Positions 14,037-28,419 of a stretch of DNA of 64,000 nt are shown here, one piece after another. Made by a program: the position numbers and the translations under genes. This DNA comes from Octopus vulgaris. Taxonomy: Eukaryota. Location of the stretch: the NCBI GenBank assembly GCA_951406725.2, contig OX597819.1, positions 95,728,001 through 95,792,000 on the forward strand, read 5' to 3'. How positions within the stretch are numbered: the stretch's first letter is position 1; the number at the start of each line of letters is the position of its first letter. Under the pieces are notes generated by a model. It saw only the letters and a program-made list of their open reading frames with translations. It was not told where the DNA came from and searched no databases.

Positions 14037-14813
14037 GGTACTCTGGTACTCTGCACTCTTAGTTTAAATCCTGCAGAAATTCGCTTTGCTTTCATTCTTT
14101 TGAGGTTGTTTAAAAAAAATATATCAGCCAAGTGCTGGTGCATCTGTCTCCCTCTGGCTATCACATACTGAAGATTCTGCTGGGTCAAGAGTTGGTAGGC
14201 AAAGAGGGTGTTTGTTTCTAATTGTAAGTAAATAGACACCTAAATCAAATTAGCAAAACGTAATTCATGCTATTATGAAGACATACTTACTTCAGAGTGA
14301 CAGCTGTAGTAGTGTACTTACACACACACACACACGATGCTGATGATAGTGATATGTGCACACATTTACATACACATCATCATCATTGTTTTTACTGCTT
14401 TTCTATACTGGCGTGGGTTTCATGAGTTATCTGAAGCAGCTTTTTATGACCATATGCCCTTCTTGTTATCAACTTTTTCATCATCTCTTACAACACATAG
14501 GGACTTTGGTCTTTCTGTTTGTCTATCTCTCTTGGTAATATTGTGTGTGTGTGTGTGTAAAGCAGATTATACACACACACACACTCACACACACTCACAC
14601 ACACACACACACTCACACACACACACACACACTCACACACACACACATACATACATATCTGGAGATTCTACTAGAGTAGATGCAAGCGTTAATATATGAT
14701 TTATAAAAACATGTGACGTATTAATAAAAATCTGTAAATGTACAACCATCCAGAATTCTGAGTACCTTATTTTTTCTACCATATAATACCTGTACATCAC
14801 CTCCAAACCTTCT

Positions 14814-14887
14814 AATATATATACATATATATGTATGTGTATGTGTGTGAGTGTGTGTATAATCTGCTTTACACACACACACACACA

Positions 14888-14982
<95 letters not shown>

Positions 14983-14984
14983 AT

Positions 14985-15045
<61 letters not shown>

Positions 15046-15303
15046 GTATGTATATGTATATATATATATATATGTATATGTATATGTGTGTGTATATATA
15101 TCATCATCATCATTTAGCGTCCGCTCTCCATGCTAGCATGGGTTGGACGGTTCAACTGGGGTCTGTGAAGCTGGAAGGCTTCGTCAGGCCCAGTCAGATC
15201 TGGCAGTGTTTCTACGGCTGGATGCCCTTCCTAATCCTAACCACTCCATGAGTGTAGTGGGTGCTTTTTACGTGCCACCTGCACAGGTGCCAGACAGAGC
15301 TGG

Positions 15304-15360
<57 letters not shown>

Positions 15361-15467
15361 GTATATGTATATATATATATATGTATATGTATATCTGTAT
15401 ATATATATATATGTATATGTATATCTGTATATATATGTATATATATATGTATATGTATATCTGTATA

Positions 15468-15535
<68 letters not shown>
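14814..15535. repeat. Compound (TA)n/(TG)n/(CA)n microsatellite block with an RTE tail inserted
   Basis: Directly visible. Confidence 0.97.
15101..15306 (-). mobile_element. RTE 3'-end copy within a (TA)n array
   Basis: Same tail and palindrome as the 57181 end. Confidence 0.9.
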
Positions 15536-15538
<3 letters not shown>

Positions 15539-15765
15539 TATAGGTTAGAGACATGTGTTCTGTATGTAGAATACACTTTGAATTGCTCAAGAGATTTGAA
15601 CTTGAGCCAGTAGATGGGTAAATGTAATGAGAAGCAAGCTAGACAAGTCGATTTACGCAGAATATTATTTACATTTAATAGACAAAATGTACATATGTAT
15701 GGATATAAAATAGTCTAACTTACAGAATATAAATGATATCAGTTAAATAGGTAAATTTTTATGAG

Positions 15766-15855
15766 TCCAACAGTTGTTTCTGGGGTCTTGATGGTCTGGA
15801 ATAATGATAGTTACTTGGATCCATTATCGGATAACATCACCTCTGTCTTCAGGGA
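15766..15855 (-). ncRNA. Hammerhead-like motif with long stem II insert, left arm of the palindrome
   Basis: Minus strand TCC-CTGAAGA-(~65 nt)-GAAAC-AACT-GTT-GGA. Confidence 0.6.
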
Positions 15856-15947
15856 AGAATTTTACATTTGAGGTGCTGACAGGATGGAGATCTTCAAACT
15901 CCATCCTGTCAATACCTCAAATGTAAAATTCTCCAGTGTAAAATTCT

Positions 15948-16007
15948 CCCCTGAAGATGGAGACGGTATTATTCCAGACCATCAAGCCCTCTGAAACAGC
16001 TGTTGGA
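15948..16007 (+). ncRNA. Hammerhead-like motif, right arm of the palindrome
   Basis: CC-CTGAAGA-(35 nt)-GAA-ACAGCTGT-T-GG; stem I short. Confidence 0.6.
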
Positions 16008-16104
16008 CTCATAAAACTATTCATTTAACTCCTGATATCATTTATATTCTGTAAGTCAGACTATTTTATATCCATAAACATCTCATTTATCTCTTGTATT
16101 TGTT

Positions 16105-16285
16105 GCAGTCATTTGACTCTAGCCATGCTTGAGCACCACCTTTAGTTGAACAAATCGACTCCAGAGCTTATTATTTGTAAGCCTAGTACTTATTCTATTG
16201 GTCTGTTTTGCTGAACTACTAAGTTACAGGGACATAAACACACCAGCATCAGTTGTCAAGCAATGGTGAGGGGACAAACACAGAC
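16105..16285 (-). mobile_element. SINE, Meta/MESC-related family, partial
   Basis: Shares tcatttgac...gccatgct..agcaccacc...aagcctagtac...taagttacagggacataaacacacc with 25255-25465. Confidence 0.7.
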
Positions 16286-16610
16286 ACACAAACATATATG
16301 TATGTGTGTGTGTATATATATATGCGGAGTAGATGAAACAAAGGCGACTGAAGAAGGGGAGTTTTCCTTGTATTGTATGTCCTGTATTCTATTTTTTCGT
16401 TGTCTAAGAAAAATGTCCATTTCCTTGGTTTTGTATTTATGTTTTCGTTTCTCATTGTGTTCAACGTTTTTTTGGTGTCCTGTACCCATATATGCATGTA
16501 TTTATACATGCAGAGATAGGTACATGCATATATGTATCAACCCATGCTAGCATGGAAAACGGACGCTAAACGACGATGATGATGATATATGCATGTTTTA
16601 TTTTATTTAT

Positions 16611-17926
16611 TAATTTATTATAAAAGGCCACACATTTAAATTTAATAATAAAATATATGCCCAGGACGAGGGGGCAGCCATCGGTATTAGTATCGCTGGT
16701 GATGTGGCCAACCTCTTCATGGTATGGTGGGACAGAAGGCTTAAAGAATGCCTACTGCAGAAATCCATACTCGTAAACATGTACTCTCGCTATGTTGATG
16801 ATATCAATATAGTAGTAAAGGCACCCCCACAAGAGAGTACTGTTGATATAGTAATAGAAACTAATACTATGGAGAGCATCCAGCAAATAGCTAACTCCAT
16901 CCACCAGAGTATTAAGGTCACAATAGACTACCCCACTAAACACCCCAACCATAGACTACCAGTACTAGACACTGAACTTTGGCTAGAAATTGTGAAAAAT
17001 AAAACCCAAATCCTTCATTCATACTATGCAAAACCTATGGCCTCAAAATACCTGATCCACCGGAACTCAGCCATTGCGGGCAATGCCAAATTCAATATTT
17101 TGATGGCAGACCTCATCAGAATAATGAGAAATGTGTCACGCATGTGCGAGCCTACAGAATTAAAGAGACACATACAGTATTTCATTCACCGCATGCAGTT
17201 CTCAGGTTACAGCCATAAAGAAAGGATCAGAGTATACAAAGGAGCCATGAAGAAATTTGATAATATATTATGTAATGATAGGATTGGGATTTGCCCACTC
17301 TATAGGAACAAGTCATGGAACACTATAGAAAGGACAAAAAAGAAAATAGGGAAGGCCAACTCTTGGTATGATAGCCATAAATACCATAGTGTCATGTTCG
17401 TTGACACCACCCCTGGAGGTGAACTAGCGTACCGCTTTAGAAGGACCCTAGATAAACTTAAACTAAGAATTAAGGTTGTTGAAAAGCCAGGCAACCCTAT
17501 CAGATCTATAATTGGTAGAAGCTATCCTTTTAGTAGAACTCTCTGTACGGATAACTATTGCACTGTATGTAGATTTAGCCCACAAACGAACTGTAAAGCC
17601 AGAAATGTGGTCTATAGTATAAGATGCATAGAGGGACGATGCAGTAACAAGACAGTAACATACGTAGGGAAACTGCAAGAAGCATTGGTGAGCGGGTGAA
17701 TGAACATTGGAGACAACTCAAGGAAGGTAAAAGCTCATCGATTCTGTACCAACACGCCGAACAAGAACACGGGGGATCAATCAATAACATAGAGATTAAG
17801 ATATTGTCCACACATAGAACAGATGCAACAATTAGACAAATTACAGAAGCTACACATATAATAGAAAATAAACCTAGCCTGAATAGAAAACTAGAATGGA
17901 GCAATAGTGCACACCACAACATATGA
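16611..17926 (+). pseudogene. PLE RT-GIY-YIG coding region with a single 1-nt frameshift near 17667-17670
   Basis: ORFs 16704-17699 and 17696-17926 join into one frame if one G is added to tacgtaggg|aaactgca (YVGETAR). Confidence 0.85.
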
Positions 17927-18412
17927 CAATAGTGGATCCTGCAAACATAATAAATACACAGGTAATTAAAGAAATAGAAATGAATATCTATATATATGTG
18001 TATGTGTATATATATGTATATGTATATGTGTATATATGTGTGTATATATGTATATGTATGTATATATATGTATATGTATATTCTTTTTTTTTTTTTTTCG
18101 ATTAGATTTATTATTATTATTACTAATATTGTTGTTATACATACATACAAGCATATGTAATGATAATAATGGGTGGATGTAAACACATGAACAAAATTAG
18201 AACAAAAGCAACAACAACAAAAACAAAATACAAATTACAAGAATGTATATAACCAGAAGATACAAATATTACAGGCATCCCCCCCACACACACACTAAAT
18301 AAACATAGACGCACATAGAGATATAAGCATGCGCAAATGAAGACATACAATAGAAATACAAAATGGCTGACGGTTAGTAAGGAGAGACACAAGTAAGTGA
18401 GAAGAAAACAAA

Positions 18413-18457
18413 GGACCACTGATGCGGTCACAGGAGTGTAACGAAAGAACTTTGGCC
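18413..18457 (+). ncRNA. Degenerate hammerhead motif in the PLE 3' region
   Basis: CCA-CTGATGC-ggtcacaggagtgtaac-GAA-AG(AA)CT-T-TGG; A9>C change, weak stem II. Confidence 0.35.
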
Positions 18458-18632
18458 GAAATAAGATTAAGATTAATGTAAAAAATAAATATCACTGAAG
18501 CAAAATAACACCAAATATATAGTGCGTGTGTTTTTATTGGCTAAACTGGCAATATGACCATTCCGAAATATAACAATATCTGTTTCAACACACGACTTCA
18601 CATAAAAAATCTTGCACAACAAATATTTAAAC

Positions 18633-18685
<53 letters not shown>

Positions 18686-19258
18686 CGATGGGCTTCTTTC
18701 AGTTTCCCTCTACCAAATCCACTCACAAGGCCAGATATGTTTTTCATGGAAGACTGGAAATTAGCAACACTGCATGTATGATTGTGCATACCAGCATCAC
18801 ATGATGTCAAGACAATGGTATACTCAAATACATACACACACATACATTCTTATATATATAAATAATGTACACAAATATACAACAGGCTTCTTTCAATTTC
18901 CATCTACCAAAACTGACAAACCAGGGGTTGTAGTTGAAGACACTCGCATACAGGGCAAAGCAGTGGGATTGAACTCAGAACCACATGAGTGAGAAACCAG
19001 CTTCTTAACCACAGCTAGATGTGTACATTTGACTGTAACCCATTTCTGTACACTTGATTGTGGAACAGCACTCACTGTTTAAAACACATGTGCTTTTAAT
19101 ACACAAAGTCTCTTAGGAAAATTGTTCTTTGAGACAAAATCCTACAGCGCTGCCATTCTATTTAGGAGTGTAAGGAACATGTTTCAAATTAACTTACAAA
19201 TCTATATTTTAATCCTCACTTTTTTTTATATGCGTACACTTAAGACACATACACATAT

Positions 19259-19331
<73 letters not shown>

Positions 19332-19675
19332 TATATGCATATATACAAGTACAGACATACAAACCCACGCATTTGTTGCTACATCTAAGAGAGCCTCTGA
19401 GGTCACATGACAAGCCAGAAACAGTAGACATATAACACTCAAATCACACCCCTAAATCTCAAAATTCAGTATGTGAACTCTGAGATACAAAGTAATGGAA
19501 CTGTCATGGCCCAAATGACTTCAAGTCCACTGAGTTGTGGAGCTGATCTGGAGCTAAATAACAACAACAACAACAGAACTAAGTACATTTCTATATATAG
19601 TTGTGGGTAGAGGAGAAATTATTGACTAATATCACATGACTGGAGGTGGAGAACAAGGTAGAAGCAAGGAATATA

Positions 19676-19726
<51 letters not shown>

Positions 19727-20099
19727 TTTTTTATGTATAAATATGATATTTGGGTGTATTCCCTTTAGCCACCACGTGCTTACATGCACATGGAGGCATG
19801 TGAGTTATATATATGTACATTTACATGTGTGTATTTTTATATGCAGGATATATACTTACGTATGTTTGGTTACATATATAGATCTTAATCTTTGTTATGT
19901 ACCCCATCTTCTCTCTTTTGACTCGCCTGAAACTTGGCCTTCTTTTCCCTGCTCTCCTTGCTGGCACTTGCCTTAGACAGTTTGCAGGATTGCTAAAACT
20001 GTAATTCATTGAGTAAATTAGCCTTGTACAAAAGCTGTATGCCAGCATCTTTTTGGGTGCTGACAACAGTCCTCCAACTGTCTTCCCACTCTTCCTTCT

Positions 20100-20785
20100 A
20101 AGTTCACAACTTTAGGGCTGCCACAATCAATGTTGGTACAATGAAAGAAAGGAGCAGCTAGTAGACCATAAAGATTAATTTTAATGAGGTCCTTTTGCAG
20201 ACTACCTCAGTGACAAATGACAGACTTGATTATTTTTGGCCTTAACAGACATGTTGGGCAGCACTGGAGGTTACAGGTATGTACAACCCTTCATAACTTG
20301 GTGATTAGTGATGTCAGACTTAGCACTAGATGGAATCAGAGAAACAAACCAGTCTGGAAAAGAAGGATATGAAAATTCAAAGACCCAGCAAACAGATATT
20401 TAGAAGACATTCTAGTTGAACTTTTTTATGAAAAAGAGTTCCTATGGGACAACCTACTGAAAGTTACAGACCAAATCTGCAGTGGAACAGTGAGGCAGAC
20501 AGTGTTATAAAAGTGAAGAGACAGACCTGGAAGGATTAGAAGAATGGGGGTTCCAAATAAATATACCAGATAACTAGAAAAGAAGCTAGGTGACAGGCTT
20601 ACATAGCAAAAGTAGAAACAGAAAGGAAATTTTCCACAGAGAAAATCAATGTATTGTGGGTGAGAAATATATGTGGATAGCTAATGGTAAACTTGCACTT
20701 AGTGTTTCTGAAAGGAAAAATACATGGAAGTTCTTCTATGAAAGACTGTTAAACATGGAGAATACATAGAATACATGGGAGAAAA
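20100..20785 (+). mobile_element. Old decayed RTE 5' fragments
   Basis: Remnants such as LLQTTSVTNDR, LVISDVRL, WDNLLK..DQIC, YERLLNMEN collinear with the young ORF. Confidence 0.6.
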
Positions 20786-22623
20786 TGGGTTTTCTTAGTG
20801 TTATCCCTTTTCACACTAATTCCATTGATCATCATTCTATGACTTCAACCATCACACTGCCATTCCCCATCTTAGCACCTCTCATATCTGCTATCATTCT
20901 CAACATACTCTCATATCTACCGACACATCCCACCTACTATAGCACACTCTACATTGTCTTCCCACTGCTCCTACACCTTGAACATCATCCCCCTACCTAC
21001 CAATCTATTCTCCTTCCTGAGCCACATCTCTCTCTCTCTCTCACCTTACTCTTCACACTGGTATTTCTCAACTGCACCTCCACCCTTGTTCTCCACTCTC
21101 TACCTTCATCTCTAATTATCTCTTACTCATCCCTTTCCTTTGTATCCTTTCTTATACTCACCATCTTGTATCCTGAAATTTTCTGGCATCTCGTCACCAC
21201 CATCTCTCTTTTCTTTTTTCCAGCTATTCTCCATATACCTTTATATAATGCAGGGTAGTGATGTATCCCCTCTATAGCAAGACACCTGTGCTTGTCCATA
21301 ATTTAGCCTCTCAATGCCTGGCATAAAAGTGGCTTTGACTGCTGTTGTAGAAAGTATGAATTATATGGGGGTAAAAGAATGTGTGCAAGAAAGAATCTAG
21401 AGTAAAGTTTGAGCTTTTTCTGTGGTTAAGGGTGAGTGTTGAGCTGTAATGTAGGATGACTCCACACAGAAAGAATTGATTGAAAGAATGGGCTGGTGAA
21501 TTGAAATTTAAGATACTGGCTTGTTGATTGTTTGGATGTTATTTCTGACATCAGATGTGATCACCATGTGCATCTGGTTACACCTACACACCAATATCAT
21601 CTTGCTGACCACTTCTGCAAGCAGTTTCATGATGTTTGGAATAATATCCAAACAGTCTTCAAACCTGTAGCTAGATATTTTAATTCACAAGAATATTCCT
21701 ACAATCAACTCTGTGTGGAGTCATTCTAAATTATGACACAATATTCACCTGTAAACATATACAGAAAAACCAAATTTATACAATGGGTTTTTTTTCTTGC
21801 CTACATGCATCAATAAATGCCTCACATTCCTTTATTTCACCTAACCCTTGTCTCTATCCAATAGCAAGAAATGTTCTCTCTTTACCATATACATATGTGT
21901 CATTGGTCTGTTATTGTTACTTAATCCAAGGTCAGCTCTGAGTGAGTGGATTGGTATTCAGAGTTATTTGGGCCATGAAAATTTTGTCATTTTGCAGATC
22001 AAGGGTGATAGTATCCACTATAGCTTATTATTTTTGAAAGGTTATTTGAGTGTTATTTAACTACTGGCTCATGCAACCTTGTGGAGGGTTCCTCAGTTGT
22101 AAACACACGCACACACACACACACACACACAGAGAGAGAGAGGCTTGAATGTAAGTTTGCATGAGCAAATATGTTGATATATATATATATACGTATATAC
22201 GCAATATGTGTATGTGGGCATATGTGCTTCTGTGTCTGTGTTATGATATAATTTGATAATTGCTTCAATTTGTCAGATGAAAAATGTTTCATGCTGGGAC
22301 ATCTGTATATCATTAGATTAATAGTAGCAGTGTATATTTGTATGACATGAATGCCACTATCTATATCTTCATAATTAAGTAACTAATGTCAAGTGAAAGC
22401 AAGATGACTGATAACTATTTCAGCCTTTAGTTTTTTTTTTATGAAAGGACTATGTCCCAAACTTTTCAAATAAAAAGAATATACCCAAATCAATGAAAAT
22501 GTCATTTTTAAGTTTCCCTACTCTAAATGCTTTACTTCAAGCCCAGACACAAATTTCAATGCCACCATGCAAAAATACACATGTGTATGCACACACACAC
22601 ACACACACATACTGGCATACATG

Positions 22624-22670
<47 letters not shown>

Positions 22671-23172
22671 ACACAGGTTTTTCATTAAAATTTTTCATTT
22701 CCTAGATAACATTATTTCCATAATTATTCTTTCCAATACAAAATATGCTGGTCACTATAGTGTACATCATAGGAGAATAACTTCTTTTTATGATGACAAT
22801 CTGTTCAACACACTTCATTCATTGGCACATGGCATTCGGGGTTATTGATGTTTTGACATGTGTCTTGTCAGCCAGAAGTAGCCAGAACTCTGAGCCTAAA
22901 TACACCTGTTGGCTTTGTTTTTTACTTTCAGCAAATAAATTGTTTGCTGATATTGTGTTCTTGCTATTTTCATCTCTACCCCTCATTCTTGTCCTAATGG
23001 TAGATCAAAAGCATCTATAGGGGTTAAGAATGTTCTGCAAAATGCATACAAATTATTAGTTTTATGCAAGTATTTTTTTTTTCATGTATATAAACTGTTG
23101 AACTGAAAAGAATTATATTTAATAAGTAACTTTTATCATATCTTTTTTTTTGTTTTTTCCTTACTATGGTAG

Positions 23173-23327
23173 GATATGAAGATCAAGATTTGTACATTGG
23201 TGGTATAATTGGCAGAGTGGCTAACAGAATTGCAAATGGGCAGTTTACAATTGATGGAACCACATATAAATTAGATGTTAATAGTGATCCAAACACTCTT
23301 CATGGAGGTTTTAATTGTTTTGATAAG
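23173..23327 (+). CDS. GALM: Galactose mutarotase (aldose 1-epimerase) internal coding exon, probably exon 2
   Basis: Acceptor AG at 23171-72 after a T-rich tract; donor GTATGT at 23328. 155 nt, phase 1 to phase 0. Manual translation (G)YEDQDLYIGGIIGRVANRIANGQFTIDGTTYKLDVNSDPNTLHGGFNCFDK contains the family motifs GRVANRI and LHGG. Not in the ORF track. Confidence 0.95.
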
Positions 23328-23522
23328 GTATGTATCATTCTTTAAATTTTAGAGTGGTTATATGCATAGGCATAGCTGTGTTGTTAAGAGGTTTGTTCTC
23401 TAACCAGGTGGTTTTGGTTTGAGTTCCACTGTGTGGTACCTTGAGCAAGTGTCTTCTACTCTAGTCCTCAATCAACCAAAGCCTTTTGAGTAGATTTGAT
23501 AGACAGAAACTCAAAGAAGTTC

Positions 23523-23577
<55 letters not shown>

Positions 23578-25254
23578 TGTAGTGCCTTGTCTTGACATCA
23601 TCTGATTATTGTAGATGAATGCCATTCATTCCCAGTATCATGCAAAAGCATGTATGGCCATGGGGAAATATTTCCTTGTTTGAAACAGGTAGGGTTTGGC
23701 AACAGGAAGGGCATCTGGCAGAAAAGATTTTTTTATAAAATGACTATAGAGTGAAAATCATTAGAATTATTTTTAAAAAGTGGGAAATTGGTAAAACCTG
23801 TAAACAATATACAAAATGCTTTGTGATATATTGTTGCATCCATTTACAATGTAAGATTTTGATTTTCCCTTTCACATTTTTACTCTCATTAAAATAAGTA
23901 CCAATCACATGCTGTGTTGGGTTTTTTGGGGGTTTTTTTTTTTTTACTATACAAAGCATATGTCCTTGAGCCTGAGTTTGGAATCCTTTGTTAATGTCTT
24001 ACAGTCTTTTTTCCTCTGAATTTTGAGTTAAAATACCATTGGTGCTTACTTTGCTTTTCATCTGTCTTCAGTTAATGGAATATATCTCAGTAACACAAAG
24101 ACCTGCTATAATTTTATTGCCAGTGTAATAAAACACAATGTTAATTTTTCTACTTTACTTAATTATGAGATTTTCTAAATAACTTTATAGCCAGGGTAAT
24201 AAGATACAAAGTTAACTTATAATCATTTCAAGGAAAATTATTCAAAATGAAGTCTGTCTTAAATATCGAAGGCCTTCTTTTAGTTAATATCATGGTTTTC
24301 ATCCAATTAAGCATGAATTTGATTAAATTATCTATGACAGACTAATGCATGTTTATTACCTCTTTGTTGAATGCTTCATCCAACTCCATAATTGCTGTAA
24401 TTTTTAACAGTTTTACAGCCATTTATCAAGATATTCCCATGCTCTATTGGATTAAGAATCAAATCTCTGAGACAGGCTGCTCAAAACAACCCATTTTAGA
24501 GATATGATTCCTTGCTTTCTTTCTGAATCTCCATTTTCTTGAAAATGACTGATCTTCTTAACAATGCCTACATAGGAATAGTTGGGTTTAAGTATTTGAT
24601 AATATTTTGGGCCATTTAAATGATTTTCAACAAAAATGATCTCTGATCTGTTTTCTTCTCAAACTACTCCTGATATTGTAATTCCAACTGCCTGTTTAAC
24701 TGTTCTGGCAAACAATCTGGGTCTCATGTTTCAGCTATATTGTGTCACTTGTGTCACACATATATATCTGCTTAAATTGGGAATTTGGTAGAATTTGCTT
24801 TTATCAGACTGTATTATTGTTTACCTTGTTGCAGAACTCTTTATCCTACCTGAACCTGTTGCTCTTATTAGCTTTTAAAATCATTGACTTCTTCCTTGTA
24901 AATCTTCATTCACATCAAATGTCTTTTAATACTGTTCTTATATAATATGGTGACACATCCATAGAATCTGAAACTTTTCTTATTCAACTTCTCCCTTTAC
25001 TCTCTCAGAAAATTTCTTGTTTCCCAGATCTCTTCTTTACTTTTGCAATGGCTTTTTTCAACCCACCTCTTAACTTTGTCTGTTATCACTGTTTAATGAT
25101 TAAGACCAGATAAATCAACCTATTTCTCGATTGGATTTTCCACACTGATAATAGCTGAAGACTTGCTTCATTTTTTTCCCCTTAATGGTTTTCATTGTTG
25201 AGTTCCTATTAATTAAAGAACATAATTAAATTCATATATATATATATTTTTCTT

Positions 25255-25465
25255 TTGTTCTTTTATTCTTTTACTTGTTTCAGTCATTTGCCTGTAGCCA
25301 TGCTGGAGCACCACCTTAAAGGGTGTTAGTTGAAGAAATTGATCCCAGGACTTATTCTTTGTAAGCCTAGTACGTGTTCTATCGGTCTCTTTTGCCAAAC
25401 CACTAAGTTACAGGGACATAAACACACCAACATCGATTATCAAGCAATGGCGGGGGGACAAACAC
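25255..25465 (-). mobile_element. SINE, same family as 16105
   Basis: High similarity to 16105-16285. Confidence 0.7.
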
Positions 25466-25475
25466 ACATACACAA

Positions 25476-25517
<42 letters not shown>

Positions 25518-25544
25518 ACACACACACACACATATTCTTGAAAT

Positions 25545-26120
<576 letters not shown>

Positions 26121-26916
26121 CACGATGGGCTTCTTCCAGTTTCCACTTACCAAATCCACTTACAAGGCTTTGGTTGGTCCAAGGCAATAGTAGAAGACAC
26201 TTGCCCAAGGTGCCATGCAGTGTGACTGAGCCCGGAATATCACACAGTCACGCCTGCCCCTATATATATGAGAGAAAAAAAAAACATGGGCATAACTTGG
26301 TATTCTTTTTTTCCAGTTGTTACATATGTTACAGTATTTGGCAACACACTACATCACACTAGATATGCACCCAATATGTGCAGCTTTTAGGGCAAACATG
26401 GAGCAAACACATCATCTGACAATTAATAAATAAATACAAGTTAGAGACAAGCAGCAACCAAATTTATACACTAGAGGAACATACCAAAAGGGGAGGAGGT
26501 AGGCTAGCTGATTGACATAATCACTGGATGGACTGGTGTTACTAGGGGTGGGTAATTTACTGGGTAAGAAAGGGGACTTCAGTTGCTTTTACTTGACAAT
26601 ATAAGGCAGGGGAAGAACATGAAGAAAGCAGCTGCTAAGATTAAGTGGTACAATAATACTTCTTAAGAGCCAGTTGTGCTGTCCTAATCCCAATTGATCC
26701 ATCAATCATTACCTGGTTCACTCACTATATGCATGTATACACACATCAATATGTGCATACACACACATATTTTCCTACATACATATACACATATACATGT
26801 GTACATAAACACACATCCCCTTGTGTACGCACACAAATAGCCAGATGTGTGAGTATACAAGCACATACATGGATGTACAAACACACAAATAAATATTCAC
26901 TCACAAACACATATAT

Positions 26917-27137
26917 ACGAGGGGGTGTTAAAAAGATCCTCGCTTTGCATAAAAGAAAATACAGGAGGATCGGTTAATTATGATTTTATTCAACATATTC
27001 CCCTCTCAGATTCACATACTTAATTCAGTGGTCCTTCAGTTTAACTAAGCTATGTAAAATAACTCAGAATGTTGTGGTTCTAACCAGGCCTTTCATGATG
27101 CCTTTAAAGCCATGAACTTTTCAGCAACCCACATGTA
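26917..27137. mobile_element. Mariner-derived MITE (~220 bp)
   Basis: Imperfect TIRs cgagggggtgttaaaaagatcctcgcttt / aaagccatgaacttttcagcaaccc in TA-rich context; no coding capacity. Confidence 0.6.
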
Positions 27138-27201
27138 TTTTTATACACACACACATGCACACATACATATATACAATTGTAAACATATAAATATGTATAT
27201 A

Positions 27202-27365
27202 CATCATCGTCATTTAACGTCTGTTTTCCATGCTGGCATGGGTTGTATTGCTTGACAGGAGCTGGCAAGGCAGGGGCCAGACCAAATTCCATAGTTTGTC
27301 TTGGCTTGGTTTCTGCAGCTAGATGCCCTTCTTAATGCCAACCACTTTACAGAATGTACTGGATA
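27202..27365 (-). mobile_element. RTE 3'-end copy
   Basis: catcatcgtcatttaacgtc...ccatgctggcatgggtt. Confidence 0.85.
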
Positions 27366-28209
27366 CATGCCTACACATACATATACACATATACACACAC
27401 ACATGCATACAGATACACACCTACACGCACACACTCACACACATATACACACATACACATAAGTGTGTGTGTATATGTTATGTACACGTGCACACATGCA
27501 CCTATATGTGTGCATGCACATACATATATACCTATGTGTATATGTGCATACATACACATATACACATGTATATATACCTACAAACACAAACATAAATACA
27601 TATACTAACACACACTCACATCTACATACGAACGCATACATATATTTACATACACATGTATGTACATGACCACACATACTGATAGGCTAGCATGCATATG
27701 TAAACAATTATGTATCTATATAAGATAGCTATGGTGATAGCAATGATAAGACAATAATAATGTTGATAGTAAAATAATAATAATAAAAAATAATGATACT
27801 ACTAATAATAATCCCGTCTGCTGTAGGCACAGGGACTGAAACTTTAGGATTCTCACCTACTGGGTGCATCTGTAGTGTGATGTCAAATCTTGCCAAGTAC
27901 CAAAACATATGTAACAATTGGAATAAATGAGCACTAAGTTATGCTCATGTTCCTTTCTCTTATTATTACTGTGTTTTTTATATTACACCATAGCCCACCA
28001 TTGGATGCAGACAAGGGATGGTGGGAGTTTAACACAATTAACTGAAAACTTATGTGGCTTGTCATGCATGAAGCACATCTAATCTTACTTCTGTGTGTGT
28101 ATATTGATAGATTGATAGAAAGATAGATAGATAGATGTTCAAAGAAGAGAAAACTAATTGGAGCACATGAAAAATCAGCTGATCTCTAAAATCTTTTTGC
28201 TGGTCATTG

Positions 28210-28415
28210 TATACTTCTACTACAACTACTAATAATATTAGCAATAATACTAATACCAATACCACTACCACTGCTGCTGCTGCTACTACTATTACTACTA
28301 ATTGTAATAATAATAATTATTATTATTATAATAGCAATGGTGATAACAATAATAGTGGTAATAATGGTAATGGTGGTGGTGATAATGTTAATAGTAATAA
28401 TGGCAATGTTAACAA
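28210..28415. repeat. (AAT/ACT/GGT)-type trinucleotide low-complexity tract abutting the Naiad-like fragment
   Basis: Directly visible. Confidence 0.9.
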
Positions 28416-28419
28416 AATA

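Larger units (their letters stand above)
15698..16076. repeat. ~380-bp imperfect inverted repeat
   Basis: Outer arms tatggatataaaatagtctaacttacagaatataaatgatatcag / ctgatatcatttatattctgtaagtcagactattttatatccata; inner arms gacaggatggag / ctccatcctgtc; loop 15890-15898. Confidence 0.92.
16611..18630 (+). mobile_element. 5'-truncated Penelope-like element (RT + GIY-YIG endonuclease), Neptune-like
   Basis: Frame reads HTFKFNNKIYAQDEGAAIG...RYVDDI...LPVLD; Cys-rich linker CTDNYCTVC...NC; GIY-YIG variant VVYSIRC...TYVG then, after a frameshift, TARSIGERVNEH...EATHI...LNRK; stop at 17926; AT-rich 3' region follows. Confidence 0.9.

Noticed and set aside
16330-16370. GAAAC...CTGAAGA as a permuted hammerhead
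   Set aside because: No UH cleavage site or stems I/III can be formed.
1-23172. GALM first exon or promoter
   Set aside because: No N-terminal GALM motifs recognised; exon 1 is presumably upstream of the window, though a short exon could be missed by eye.
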